The notes under the pieces were generated by a model. That model made no database searches. It was given only the letters and a program-made list of their open reading frames with translations, and was not told the origin of the DNA. 64,000 nucleotides of DNA from an uncultured delta proteobacterium (GTDB lineage: Bacteria; Myxococcota_A; Polyangia; Fen-1088): assembly GCA_963755125.1 (NCBI GenBank), contig CAVWIP010000002.1:128001-192000 (forward strand), in the 5' to 3' direction. The stretch's first letter is position 1, and each line of letters begins with the position of its first letter. The translations under genes and the position numbers were made by a program. Shown piece after piece: positions 19,940 through 28,225 of the stretch.

Positions 19940-19967
19940 TTGACTTGCGCAGTCAGCTATATATCAT
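19940..19967 (+). promoter_or_regulatory. Putative sigma-70 promoter with overlapping TGACT-N5-AGTCA inverted repeat
   Basis: TTGACT-16 bp-TATCAT upstream of the 20102 ORF. Confidence 0.45.
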
Positions 19968-20101
19968 CGCGTCGGCGCAAAGCGGCAGCATGGTGTCGCA
20001 AGGGATAGCGGCACCTCTTCACCCAAACACTTCACACCAGATCCAATCCCGATCAAACGGCAGCTTGTAGCGCTGCAACCAACTAGAAGGAGAGGTCTAA
20101 A

Positions 20102-20707
20102 ATGAGAGACACTGCATTGGTGGACAAGTTTCTCGTGTTGATGATGGGAACGGCTCTGGCGCTTAGCGCGGGCTGCGGAAGCGGTTCAAGCTGCCAGACT
20201 GGCAGCTCGAATTGCTCGTGCTTTGGCAACGGCACGTGCAATGCTGGCCTCGAGTGCTCGGGCGGTACCTGTGTATTAGTACAGACCACCAGTTCGGGTT
20301 GCACCGGCAGCCAAGGGTGCGCGTGCTACGGGAACGGCACATGCGATTCGGGCCTCACGTGCTCGGGCACTGTCTGTGTAGCTTCAGGCGGCCCAGGTGG
20401 CACGGGTGGCACAGGTGGCACAGGCGGCGCGGGTGGCTCTACGGGCACCACCTGTGGCTCCATCAACGCCCAGTGTTCGTCCATAGCAACCGATTCGTGC
20501 GGCACCTGTCTTGCTTCGTGTTGTTGCACGCAGTTGATGGCATGCGCTACCAATGCCTCCTGTGCATCCATCGCTGAGTGCGCGGCAAGCTGCACCACTA
20601 CCTCTTGCGAGAGCACTTGCGAGTCCGAGTACCCGGCGGGACAGACTGCGGCGAGCACCTATCTCAACTGCGGAACCTCGTACTGTACCTCTGCATGTGG
20701 CAGCTAG
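20102..20707 (+). CDS. Cys-rich lipoprotein
   Basis: AGGAG RBS, lipobox SAGC, two C-x-C-(F/Y)-G-N-G-T-C modules, GGT linker, Cys-rich C-terminal domain. Confidence 0.8.
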   Translation: MRDTALVDKFLVLMMGTALALSAGCGSGSSCQTGSSNCSCFGNGTCNAGLECSGGTCVLVQTTSSGCTGSQGCACYGNGTCDSGLTCSGTVCVASGGPGGTGGTGGTGGAGGSTGTTCGSINAQCSSIATDSCGTCLASCCCTQLMACATNASCASIAECAASCTTTSCESTCESEYPAGQTAASTYLNCGTSYCTSACGS

Positions 20708-20758
20708 CCCGCGTCTGGACGGTGTAATGGTGAACCGCGGAGCCCCCGGCCGATCGGG

Positions 20759-21412
20759 TTGGCGTTGAGCGCACGGGCACGCTCCAGGTGGCGGTTGTGG
20801 CTGGGGGTTCTGACGGTTGCGACCATCACCGGGTTGGTAGTCGCCATGGTCGTGGCGCGGAAGCGGGACGCGGCTCGCGCGCAGGCGGCGGCGCAGTCTC
20901 AGTCTAGTGACTGGAAGGATATCCTGGTTGCGCAGGCCGAGAGGGCGCGTTCCGTGCCCAGGCTAGCGTTGCCAACCTCGGCACGAGCCCCATCCGAGCC
21001 TATCAAGCAGGCCGCCTGGAAAGATCTGCCACTGTGCCCGAGTATTCAGGTGTTCAATGTCCAGTCGACTGGCGACGGGAAGATACGGGGGGTTTGGATG
21101 AGCGAGAACCAGGGCAGTCGGGCTCTGGTTCTCCTGGGTGCTCGCTACGGCGCGTTTGTGCTGGAGTCAGTCGGACAGTATGCAGGGTCGTGGTTCGCAC
21201 AGCTTCGCACATCGAGCGGTCCCTGTCGCGCGCCAGTCGGCTCGGAGGAGCGCATGCCGTTGGCCCTCAACTCGCCGGCTCCAGCCAAGCAACAGCCTCC
21301 CGACGCTGGAGTCCAGGCTTTCCCGGAGCGCGACTTTCAGTTGGTGCGCAAACTCTCGGGTCATGTCAAGCGCCTGCAGTTAGATCCAGTTCCAAAGCAG
21401 TCCAGTCAGTGA
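20759..21412 (+). CDS. Hypothetical protein with N-terminal membrane anchor
   Basis: 217-aa ORF with one TM helix, Pro-rich linker and beta-rich region. Confidence 0.5.
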   Translation: MALSARARSRWRLWLGVLTVATITGLVVAMVVARKRDAARAQAAAQSQSSDWKDILVAQAERARSVPRLALPTSARAPSEPIKQAAWKDLPLCPSIQVFNVQSTGDGKIRGVWMSENQGSRALVLLGARYGAFVLESVGQYAGSWFAQLRTSSGPCRAPVGSEERMPLALNSPAPAKQQPPDAGVQAFPERDFQLVRKLSGHVKRLQLDPVPKQSSQ

Positions 21413-21520
21413 TTTGGGCGGTATCTACGCCAGTCGCAAAATCAGCGGTTTTGAACTCTTGCTGAGGACCGCGCCCCACGGGACCGTTGCACTCGCCGCC
21501 GCCTGATGTGTCGCGGGAGA

Positions 21521-21696
21521 TTATGGTCAGTGGCAGAGGTTGACCTGGGTGGTACCAGCGTAATTCGGCGTAGTACCCCGGTGTGCAATCGTCGTCCGTT
21601 AAACAAACCGAGCCGGTGGTTCCGGTGCCCGACTGCGATTCGCAGTCGGTGGCTCCAGGGAAGGACGTGTCTGCGTAACATCCGAATCCCGCGGGA
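21521..21696 (-). pseudogene. Frameshifted fragment paralogous to the C-terminus of the 24672-26009 lipoprotein
   Basis: Aligns to 24672-24933 (e.g. DTSFPGATDCESQSGTGTTGS) with an 83-bp internal deletion; ends ~15 bp from the IS. Confidence 0.85.
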
Positions 21697-21855
21697 TCGC
21701 GCCCCGGAAGTTGTCAACGCGAATGAGACAGTGGGGTTCATGAATTAGTGAGCAAGTTCTATGAGTGAGCCCCCGGCGGGAGCGGCGAGGACGGTCAGCT
21801 TGCTATCCACGGCTCCGCCGGCCTGCGCGCTCTGGGGGGCGCGCAGATCGGCCGG

Positions 21856-22887
21856 CTACGCACTCGCCGCCCCCGCCTCGGCTGTAGCTGGTTTGTTGAT
21901 CCACACGGCGTGGGGCAACGAAGGCAGAGCCGGTAGGCCGTGCGGGAAGCGCTCGGGGTGAGCCCGGTAGGCAGCTTCAAGGACGGCCATGCGTTTGGCG
22001 CGCTGGCCCTCGGCGAGTCCGTAGTGGACATCGTGGGGCGTGAAGAAGCCGATGCCGGAGTGGTGGTGCTCGGTGTTGTACCAGGGGAAGAAGTCCCGAC
22101 AGTGGGCGCGGGCGTGTTCCTCCGAGCCAAAGCGGTCGGGGAAATCAGGACGGTACTTCATGGTTTTGAAGTGCCCCTCGGAGAACGGATTGTCGTCGGA
22201 AACGTGGGGACGCGAATGGCTCTTGGTCACGCCCAGGTCAGCCAACAGGAAGGCGACCGGCTTTGAGATCATGGGCGAACCACGGTCAGCATGCAGGGTG
22301 AGCTGGCCGGGGTCGATGTTGTGGCGCTTGCAGGTTTCCTCGATGAATGCGTGGGCAACCGAAGCACACTCGCGGCTGGAGAGGGTCCAGCCCACGACGT
22401 AGCGGCTGAAGATGTCGAGAATCACGTACAGGTAGAAATAGGTCCACTTGGCCGGCCCGAGCAGCTTGGTGATGTCCCACGTCCAGACCTGGTTGGGCCT
22501 GGTCGCCAGCAGTTCGGGTTTCTTGTACTCGGGGTGGCGGAGCTGGTCTCGCCGTTCGCGGACCTGGCCGTTCTCGTCGAGGATGCGGTACATGGTGCGC
22601 AGCGAGCAGAGCCAGCGGCCCTCGTCGAGCAATGTGGCGTGTACCTGGGGCGGCGCCAGATCCATAAAGCGCGGCTCGTTGAGCACGGCCAACACTTGCT
22701 GACGTTCCTCGGGTGGCAGAGCGCGGGGCTGGGGACGGCTGGGCCTATCTCCGTCGCTCGTGGGCGCGGTGGCGTCCACCGGCTTGGGGCGCAGTCGCCG
22801 GTAATACGTGGCACGCGGCAGACCCAGCGCGAGGCAAGCTGGCGCGACCCCGATCTTGCCGCCGGTCTCCATCACCGCCTCCATCAC
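21856..22887 (-). CDS. IS3-family transposase OrfB (DDE integrase core)
   Basis: WTWDITKL, ILDIFSRYVVGW, LHADRGS, DDNPFSEGHFKTMK, YNTEHHHSG. Confidence 0.95.
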   Translation of the reverse strand: MMEAVMETGGKIGVAPACLALGLPRATYYRRLRPKPVDATAPTSDGDRPSRPQPRALPPEERQQVLAVLNEPRFMDLAPPQVHATLLDEGRWLCSLRTMYRILDENGQVRERRDQLRHPEYKKPELLATRPNQVWTWDITKLLGPAKWTYFYLYVILDIFSRYVVGWTLSSRECASVAHAFIEETCKRHNIDPGQLTLHADRGSPMISKPVAFLLADLGVTKSHSRPHVSDDNPFSEGHFKTMKYRPDFPDRFGSEEHARAHCRDFFPWYNTEHHHSGIGFFTPHDVHYGLAEGQRAKRMAVLEAAYRAHPERFPHGLPALPSLPHAVWINKPATAEAGAASA

Positions 22888-23282
22888 GACTTGTCGCTTT
22901 CCAGCGGCGTCCCCAGCAAGGCCGCTACTTTTTTTTGCAGTTCCACCAGCGCCTCGGCCCGCTCGGCACGGGCCACAAGGCGAGTGTTCTCTCGCTGCAA
23001 TTCGACGATCTTGCGATCACGGGCATCGACCTCTGCCTTCTTTCGTCCGCGCTTCTTCGGGGTCAGCCCCGCCAGCTCCCCCGCATCACGCTGCCGGCGC
23101 CAGGTGGCGAGGTGCGACGAGTACAGCCCCTCGGAGCGCAGCAGCTCGCCCAACTGTCCGGGGGCCACGCAGTCTGACACCCGCTTGAGAATGTCCAACT
23201 TGTACTTGGCGCTGAACTGCCGCCGGTGTGCCTTGGGATCCACTTCTACATCCAGAATCGTATTCGTCTCTGCTTGGGTCAT
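22884..23282 (-). CDS. IS3-family transposase OrfA (HTH plus coiled coil)
   Basis: RRQFSAKYKLDIL, LLRSEGLYSSHLATWRRQ, ends ...ELQKK at the slippery site. Confidence 0.92.
   Translation of the reverse strand: MTQAETNTILDVEVDPKAHRRQFSAKYKLDILKRVSDCVAPGQLGELLRSEGLYSSHLATWRRQRDAGELAGLTPKKRGRKKAEVDARDRKIVELQRENTRLVARAERAEALVELQKKVAALLGTPLESDKS
22928..22936 (-). promoter_or_regulatory. -1 programmed ribosomal frameshift site (A8G)
   Basis: Minus strand AAAAAAAAG; a -1 shift continues open (SSGLAGDAAGKRQV) into the OrfB frame. Confidence 0.85.
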
Positions 23283-23350
23283 CGTGCAACTTCTTTGCTC
23301 CGCCCTCTACTCTAATTTCCAGGGGAGCCACTGTCTCACTCACGTTGGCA

Positions 23351-24569
23351 CAGAGGGCCCAGTGGCGCGGAAGTGGACGCCGGCGACGGCGCGGGCGAAG
23401 AACAAGAGGAAGCCGCGTCCGGCCGGGATCGCATCTTGGATCTCTTTCCGCCAGGGCCGCTTATCGCCATCAAGATCTCCCCGCCCGAGATCGCGCTGGC
23501 GCCCGGCCGCGAGCGCCGCGTGCTGGGCGTGGGCGTGGACGAGTCAGGCCGGCGCGTGCTGGGCGAGTTGGACATCGTCTGGACCACTGCCTCGCCTGTG
23601 CTCTCCATCGCGGGCGAGGGCCGCCGGCCGGCGGTGCTGGCCTCGGCCAACGCGCGTCCTGGCAGTCGGTTTTCCCTGGTTGCCGAGGGCCAGCAGGGCG
23701 AGCGCAGGGCGCGGGGCGAGGCCGTTGTCGTCATCATCAAGGTTGAGGAACCCGGCGCCCGAAACCGTCCCGCCGTCGGGGAGACGGCTGGGCGAGGGGG
23801 CCGAACCAGCAGAACGAGCGCGGTTCTGCGCACTGGGCGCGGGCAAACCCTCCCTCGCCGACCCCTCTCGGGGAGAGGCTCGGAATTGGCCTCTCGACGC
23901 TCCTCGCTGACGCTTAGAAGTGGGTGAGTCTTGCCACCGGTCGAGCCTTCAGTAACGGATTGTCCGATAGTGTCCGCCCACTAGCCCCCTACGCCCGTCG
24001 TCCGGAAGACCCCTGACTTTCACCACGCGAGGTGACTCTATTGGCAAGTATTCATTCCATGGACGCAGGAAGAGGGCCGGCAACTACCCACGAGGCAGTC
24101 TGTCGGAGAGAGACTCGGATCGCACGCCTGAGCGCCCCAATTGTATGGCCCGTTCTGGCATAGGCCGTAGTTTGAAGTGCAGATTGAGAGTGCCGAGGGC
24201 GAGCCAGACCCATCGCAGGATATTCCGCTTAGACAGCAGTACTGCCCTGCGGGGCAATCTGCTTTGCTGGCGCAGGCAAGGTAACTATAGCGCGTCCGCG
24301 AGGGTTTGGCGTTTCAACTGCCTCGCGGGCTGCAGTCGAGCAAGCGAAGCCGTACCATGGCATGGCTCGCAGCCGCACGTTGCCCAGCGCACAGGCCCGA
24401 CAACTACGTTGCCCTGCACGCGGACGCGAAAGCGCGCTTGCGCTACCTTCTGGCTTTGCTGGCCAAGGAGATCGCCCAGCGCACCCATGGCGTGCCCGGC
24501 AGTGAGGCGGCCCTGGAGAGCCTGGTCGAGATCCTCGCCCACGCCGAACGCAACCTGCGCGGCGGGTGA
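23351..24569 (+). pseudogene. C-terminal remnant of a probable HATPase (Hsp90-like) ATP-binding protein gene, 5' truncated by the IS and split by a ~620-bp insert
   Basis: Segment 1 (LFPPGPLIAIKISPPEIALAPG...) to ~23760 and segment 2 (NYVALHADAKARLRYLLALLAKEIAQR...LAHAERNLRGG*) from ~24400. Both resemble, from memory, consecutive parts of one protein family. Confidence 0.55.
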
Positions 24570-24570
24570 G
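24533..24570 (+). repeat. 38-bp direct repeat copy 2
   Basis: 36/38 identical to 19844-19881. Confidence 0.9.
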
Positions 24571-24619
24571 GCTCTGCGTAGGCAGTACTTCACGGGAGGG
24601 GAGACGCGTCTTCGTCCTC

Positions 24620-24661
24620 GGTCGAAATTCGTGCGAGGGCCGAACGCAACCTGGGCGGCGG
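24620..24661 (+). repeat. Diverged third copy of the same gene end
   Basis: ggtcgaaattcgtgcgagggccgaacgcaacctgggcggcgg (VEIRARAERNLGG) vs 24524-24565 (VEILAHAERNLRG). Confidence 0.75.
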
Positions 24662-24671
24662 TGTCAGAAAA

Positions 24672-26009
24672 TCACGGGGAGTGACAGTGGTTGACCTGGG
24701 TGGTACCAGCGTAACTCGGCGTCGTGAAAGAAATGCACGTCGCGCCCACCGGGCAATCGGCAACCGTGTAGCAGTACTTGATGCACGTGCCCCCAACACT
24801 GCAGTAGTACCCGGGTGTGCAATCGTCGTCCATCGCACAGGCCGAGCCGGTGGTTCCGGTGCCCGACTGTGATTCGCAGTCGGTGGCTCCAGGGAAGGAC
24901 GTGTCCACCGCGGTGCATCCGAATCCCGCAGGACAGGCCAGAAGCGGCGTTTGAGGATTTTGGGGATTAACGGGATCGCATACCCGGGCGCACACCGAAA
25001 CCCCCGCGATCGTGTTCACGGAGTCCCATGTGGTTTGGTCGCAAGACCGGGCCGTATCGACCGCCGGACAGTCAGAATCGGACTGACAGTAGGTCTTGCA
25101 GACGCCGCCGAAACAGCCGAAACCGCTGGCGCAGCCTTCTCCGTTGCAGGCGGCGCCTTGCCCCAACCCAGCAGTCGTTTCGCAGGTCAGACCCGTAGCT
25201 GGGGTGTCGGGATAGCAGACCTGTCCGGCCGGGCAGCCGCATGCTGGGAAGACATTGCAGGTGCCGCCAGCCGCAGGCGGCGGGCACGTCGTCACGGCCG
25301 AGTCAGGCACGCGCGAGTCCGGCACGGCGGTGTCCAGCACACGCAGGTCAGGCGCGGCGGTGTCTACCACGTGCAGGTCGGGCAGGGCCGAGTCAGGTAG
25401 GCGCGAGTCAGGCACGGCCAAGTCAAGCAGGGCCGAGTCGGGCGAGCGCGAGTCAGGCACGGCCGAGTCAAGCAGGGCCGAGTCCGGCACGCCCGTGTCC
25501 ACTCCGCCATCGCGTGGGCCGGTGCCGGTTGTTCCACCGGGTGTTCCGCCAGTTCCCGCGGCACCGCCGGTGCCAGTTGTTCCACCGGGCGTTCCGCCAG
25601 CTCCCGCGGCACCGCCGGTCGCCGTTGTCGCACCGGGTGTTCCGCCGGTTCCCGCGGCACCGCCGCTCCCGCCTGAATTGGGAAGGCAGTTGGGGCCGTT
25701 GCAGTCGGGGTGGTAGCCCGCAGAAACACAGACCTGATAATCAGGTGCCGCAGGCGTACCACAGTTGAAGACCGTGGAACACGCAACGGCACTGTCCCAG
25801 CAAGTGTCCGTCTTCTTACAGTAGAAGCCGACCTGCCCCTCGCATGCGCTGGGCATGGTGACACAGGTGTAGGCGCCGCCGGATCCATTGTCGCTGCAAA
25901 CAAAACCACTGGGGCAGTGGCCATCGTCGGAGCAGAGGGTCTTGCCGCTCTGGAAGTGCGGCTCGCAACCGACGAAGAACAGCAGAAGTACGAATACGCC
26001 TCGCTTCAT
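24672..26009 (-). CDS. Cys-rich lipoprotein with Gly/Thr and PDS-repeat linkers
   Basis: Lipobox-like FVGC; N- and C-terminal Cys-rich domains separated by GGAAGTGGTPG and xPDSA repeats. Confidence 0.85.
   Translation of the reverse strand: MKRGVFVLLLFFVGCEPHFQSGKTLCSDDGHCPSGFVCSDNGSGGAYTCVTMPSACEGQVGFYCKKTDTCWDSAVACSTVFNCGTPAAPDYQVCVSAGYHPDCNGPNCLPNSGGSGGAAGTGGTPGATTATGGAAGAGGTPGGTTGTGGAAGTGGTPGGTTGTGPRDGGVDTGVPDSALLDSAVPDSRSPDSALLDLAVPDSRLPDSALPDLHVVDTAAPDLRVLDTAVPDSRVPDSAVTTCPPPAAGGTCNVFPACGCPAGQVCYPDTPATGLTCETTAGLGQGAACNGEGCASGFGCFGGVCKTYCQSDSDCPAVDTARSCDQTTWDSVNTIAGVSVCARVCDPVNPQNPQTPLLACPAGFGCTAVDTSFPGATDCESQSGTGTTGSACAMDDDCTPGYYCSVGGTCIKYCYTVADCPVGATCISFTTPSYAGTTQVNHCHSP
25306..25664 (-). 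repeat. Intragenic tandem repeats (15-bp PDSxx units; three 48-bp GGAAGxGGTPG units)
   Basis: ggccgagtcaggcac-like units at 25306-25500; 48-bp units at ~25519-25664. Confidence 0.85.
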
Positions 26010-26024
26010 GGTCTCATCCCTGGG

Positions 26025-26957
26025 TTAGAAAGTCCCGCTCAGCGCGGCGCCTGCCATGCTGGGCCCCACGGAGGGGACAAGAACGGCCGAACTGGGCGTG
26101 TCCCTGCGCGTGACCAGGAGGATCACGGCAGTCACGACAGCCGCACCGCCCACACCGTAGCCGATCCATTGCACGGTCGCGAAGGTCTTGCCCTCGCTCT
26201 CCTTGCCCGAGTCGAACTTGTGCTCGACATCCGAGAAATCAGTCAAGGCGAGATAGCTGAAGACGCCGCCGGCGAGTAACGCTGCCACGCCCACCCCACC
26301 CACTGCCCAGGCCGCAAGCTTCCGACTGCTTCGATTGCCAGATTCCGCGGGCTGGGGCACTTGTGCCACGGTAGCGGCCGGGCCCAGCTCCGGCGGGGGC
26401 ATCGCTGGACCCGGCACGGTGTTGGCCGGCGCTTGCGACGTCGTGGCGGGCACGTCGACGTGGGTCGGCGAGATCGCTGGCGTCGCGGCCGGGACCGCTG
26501 CCGGCGCTGGTGGCGTGGCGGCGGCTGGGGCCGGAGTGGGCGCTGTGGGTGGCGAGGGCGGTGGCGGAAGCGCTGAACCGCGCTGGCGCAATTGGTCCAT
26601 TTCCGCGATCCAGCCTTCGACCTCGGCGCGATCCTCGGGCGAGATGTCCTTCTTCTTGTGCAGGTATTCGCGCAGGTTGGACAGGGCCGGTTCAGGACGG
26701 CGCAGATAATAGTAGCAGGCACCCATGTTGCGCACGAAAACCGGCATGTCTGGGTTGTCGACGCTCAGCTCTGCGAAAATCGCCGAGGCCGCTTCGTAGT
26801 TTCCCTGCTTGTAGAGCTGGGTTGCCTTCTTCGCGTCGGCCGTGCTCTTCTTGCTCATGCCCGCCGCGCCGGCCCCCGACTCCAGCCCCACGTGGGTAAC
26901 GATCAGCGCAAGCGAAACGATAAGCCCCGGAGAAACTCTGTTCAGTTTGGGTACCAT
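26025..26957 (-). CDS. Secreted TPR-domain protein with Pro/Ala linker and C-terminal hydrophobic segments
   Basis: ATQLYKQGNYEAA, RNMGACYYYL...ALSNLREYL TPR-like; C-terminal ...AALSGTF. Start uncertain. Confidence 0.75.
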   Translation of the reverse strand: MVPKLNRVSPGLIVSLALIVTHVGLESGAGAAGMSKKSTADAKKATQLYKQGNYEAASAIFAELSVDNPDMPVFVRNMGACYYYLRRPEPALSNLREYLHKKKDISPEDRAEVEGWIAEMDQLRQRGSALPPPPSPPTAPTPAPAAATPPAPAAVPAATPAISPTHVDVPATTSQAPANTVPGPAMPPPELGPAATVAQVPQPAESGNRSSRKLAAWAVGGVGVAALLAGGVFSYLALTDFSDVEHKFDSGKESEGKTFATVQWIGYGVGGAAVVTAVILLVTRRDTPSSAVLVPSVGPSMAGAALSGTF

Positions 26958-27181
26958 GCGTCTTCCTCGCATCGCAGCCGATAGTACGCCGCCCGCGGAA
27001 TTCCGCACGACTTTTGTCTTTGGGCCCCGGTTGCGGCAATTGGGCATGCGGCTAGATCGGACAGCCCTCCGCGGCTGAGAACGAGGAAGAGAGAGGGGAA
27101 AGCGCGAGCGGTCTCAGCCAGGTGCGTGTGCTACGATTCATGTGCAGTTCCCCAGCGATGCAGTGGTAAGAACCCGCGACG

Positions 27182-28225
27182 ATGTCTGGTTTGAGATTCA
27201 TCAGAAAGTCGGAGGAAATCCCGGTGGCCGGTGGTCCGCGGTCGCGCGTGGCTGCTTATGACCTTGGGTCCAACTCGTTCCATTTGCTGGTGGCCGAGGC
27301 GGATGGTCAGGGCGGCTTGCTGTTGATCGAACAGGCGCAGGAGATGGTGCGTCTGGGCGCGGATTCACTGCGCGACGGGGTCATTCCCGAGGCCAGCTTC
27401 GCGCGGGGCCTGGAGGCTTTGCGCAGGCTGCGCGGCCTGGCTGATCAGCACCGGCCCGAGAGCACGGTGGCGGTCGCCACCAGCGCCATCCGCGAGGCGC
27501 GCAACGGTGCCGAGTTCGTCAGCGCCGTCCAGCGCGAGGTGGGACTCACTGTCGAGGTGCTCGATCCGGTCAAGGAGGCCACGCTCATCTACTGGGGTGC
27601 TCGGCAGGCGCTGGACCTGGACAAGCACAAGGTTGCGCTTTTCGATGTGGGCGGCGGCTCGATCAAGGGGCTGGTGGGCGACGCCAAGGAGTGCCTGTTC
27701 GCCACGTCCATGCCGATGGGCGTGTTGCGCCTGCGCGACGAGTGCAAGTTTTCCGGCAAGATGTCCCGCGCCGACCTGCTCACGGCCGAGACACGCGTGC
27801 GGGCGCTGGTGCAGCCGGCGATCCGGCAGATGCAGAAAGTCGGCTTCGACTTCGTCACCTTCACCTCGGGCACGGCGCTGTCGCTGGCCCGGCTGGCCAA
27901 GGGGAGCGCCGGCAAGGTCGCGCCGGTCGCGGGCAAGGCCGGGGAAGGACTGGGCCGTCACCTCGCGTTGTCGCTTGACGATCTGAAGACACTCGAGCAG
28001 CGCCTGGCCGAGGCCAGCGTGCAGGAGCGTGCGGCCATCCCGGGAATCAGCGCCTTGCGCGCGGACACGCTCCTGCCCGGCACGGTCGTGCTGCGAACCT
28101 TGCTGGAGTTGACCGGCTGTCCCGGCGCCCTGGTGTGCGAGAGCGCCCTCAAGGAAGGTTTGGTGGTGAACTACTTCGCCCACCGAGATGCGGGCCTAGC
28201 CGCCGATCTGCCGGAAGAGATCTGA
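27182..28225 (+). CDS. Ppx/GppA phosphatase family (short form, no HD domain)
   Basis: DLGSNSFHL, VATSAIREARN, DVGGGS, RADTL, ALKEG. Confidence 0.9.
   Translation: MSGLRFIRKSEEIPVAGGPRSRVAAYDLGSNSFHLLVAEADGQGGLLLIEQAQEMVRLGADSLRDGVIPEASFARGLEALRRLRGLADQHRPESTVAVATSAIREARNGAEFVSAVQREVGLTVEVLDPVKEATLIYWGARQALDLDKHKVALFDVGGGSIKGLVGDAKECLFATSMPMGVLRLRDECKFSGKMSRADLLTAETRVRALVQPAIRQMQKVGFDFVTFTSGTALSLARLAKGSAGKVAPVAGKAGEGLGRHLALSLDDLKTLEQRLAEASVQERAAIPGISALRADTLLPGTVVLRTLLELTGCPGALVCESALKEGLVVNYFAHRDAGLAADLPEEI

Larger units (their letters stand above)
21712..23350 (-). mobile_element. IS3-family insertion sequence (1639 bp)
   Basis: TG...CA ends; imperfect terminal IRs tgtcaacgcgaatgagacagtgg vs tgccaacgtgagtgagacagtgg (20/23); orfA/orfB with -1 slippery site. 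Confidence 0.92.

Noticed and set aside
19972..20016. c-di-GMP-I riboswitch (GCAAAGC...GATAGCGG resemblance)
   Set aside because: The upstream GGCAAAC/GNRA P2 hairpin is missing.
23763..24392. Canonical group II or group I intron, tmRNA or RNase P
   Set aside because: No convincing domain V/VI, P7 elements, tRNA-like ends or GAGGAAAGUCC motif; kept only as an unclassified structured insert.
19844..24661. CRISPR-like repeats (38 bp)
   Set aside because: Only three irregularly spaced copies, derived from coding sequence; no spacers of uniform length and no cas genes.
21521..24933. Diversity-generating retroelement TR/VR pair
   Set aside because: Mismatches are not adenine-specific, there are indels, and no reverse transcriptase is in the window.
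27073..27119. ggctgaga/tctcagcc inverted repeat between divergent genes
   Set aside because: Single 8-bp stem with no second copy in the window and no U-tract; not enough to call.
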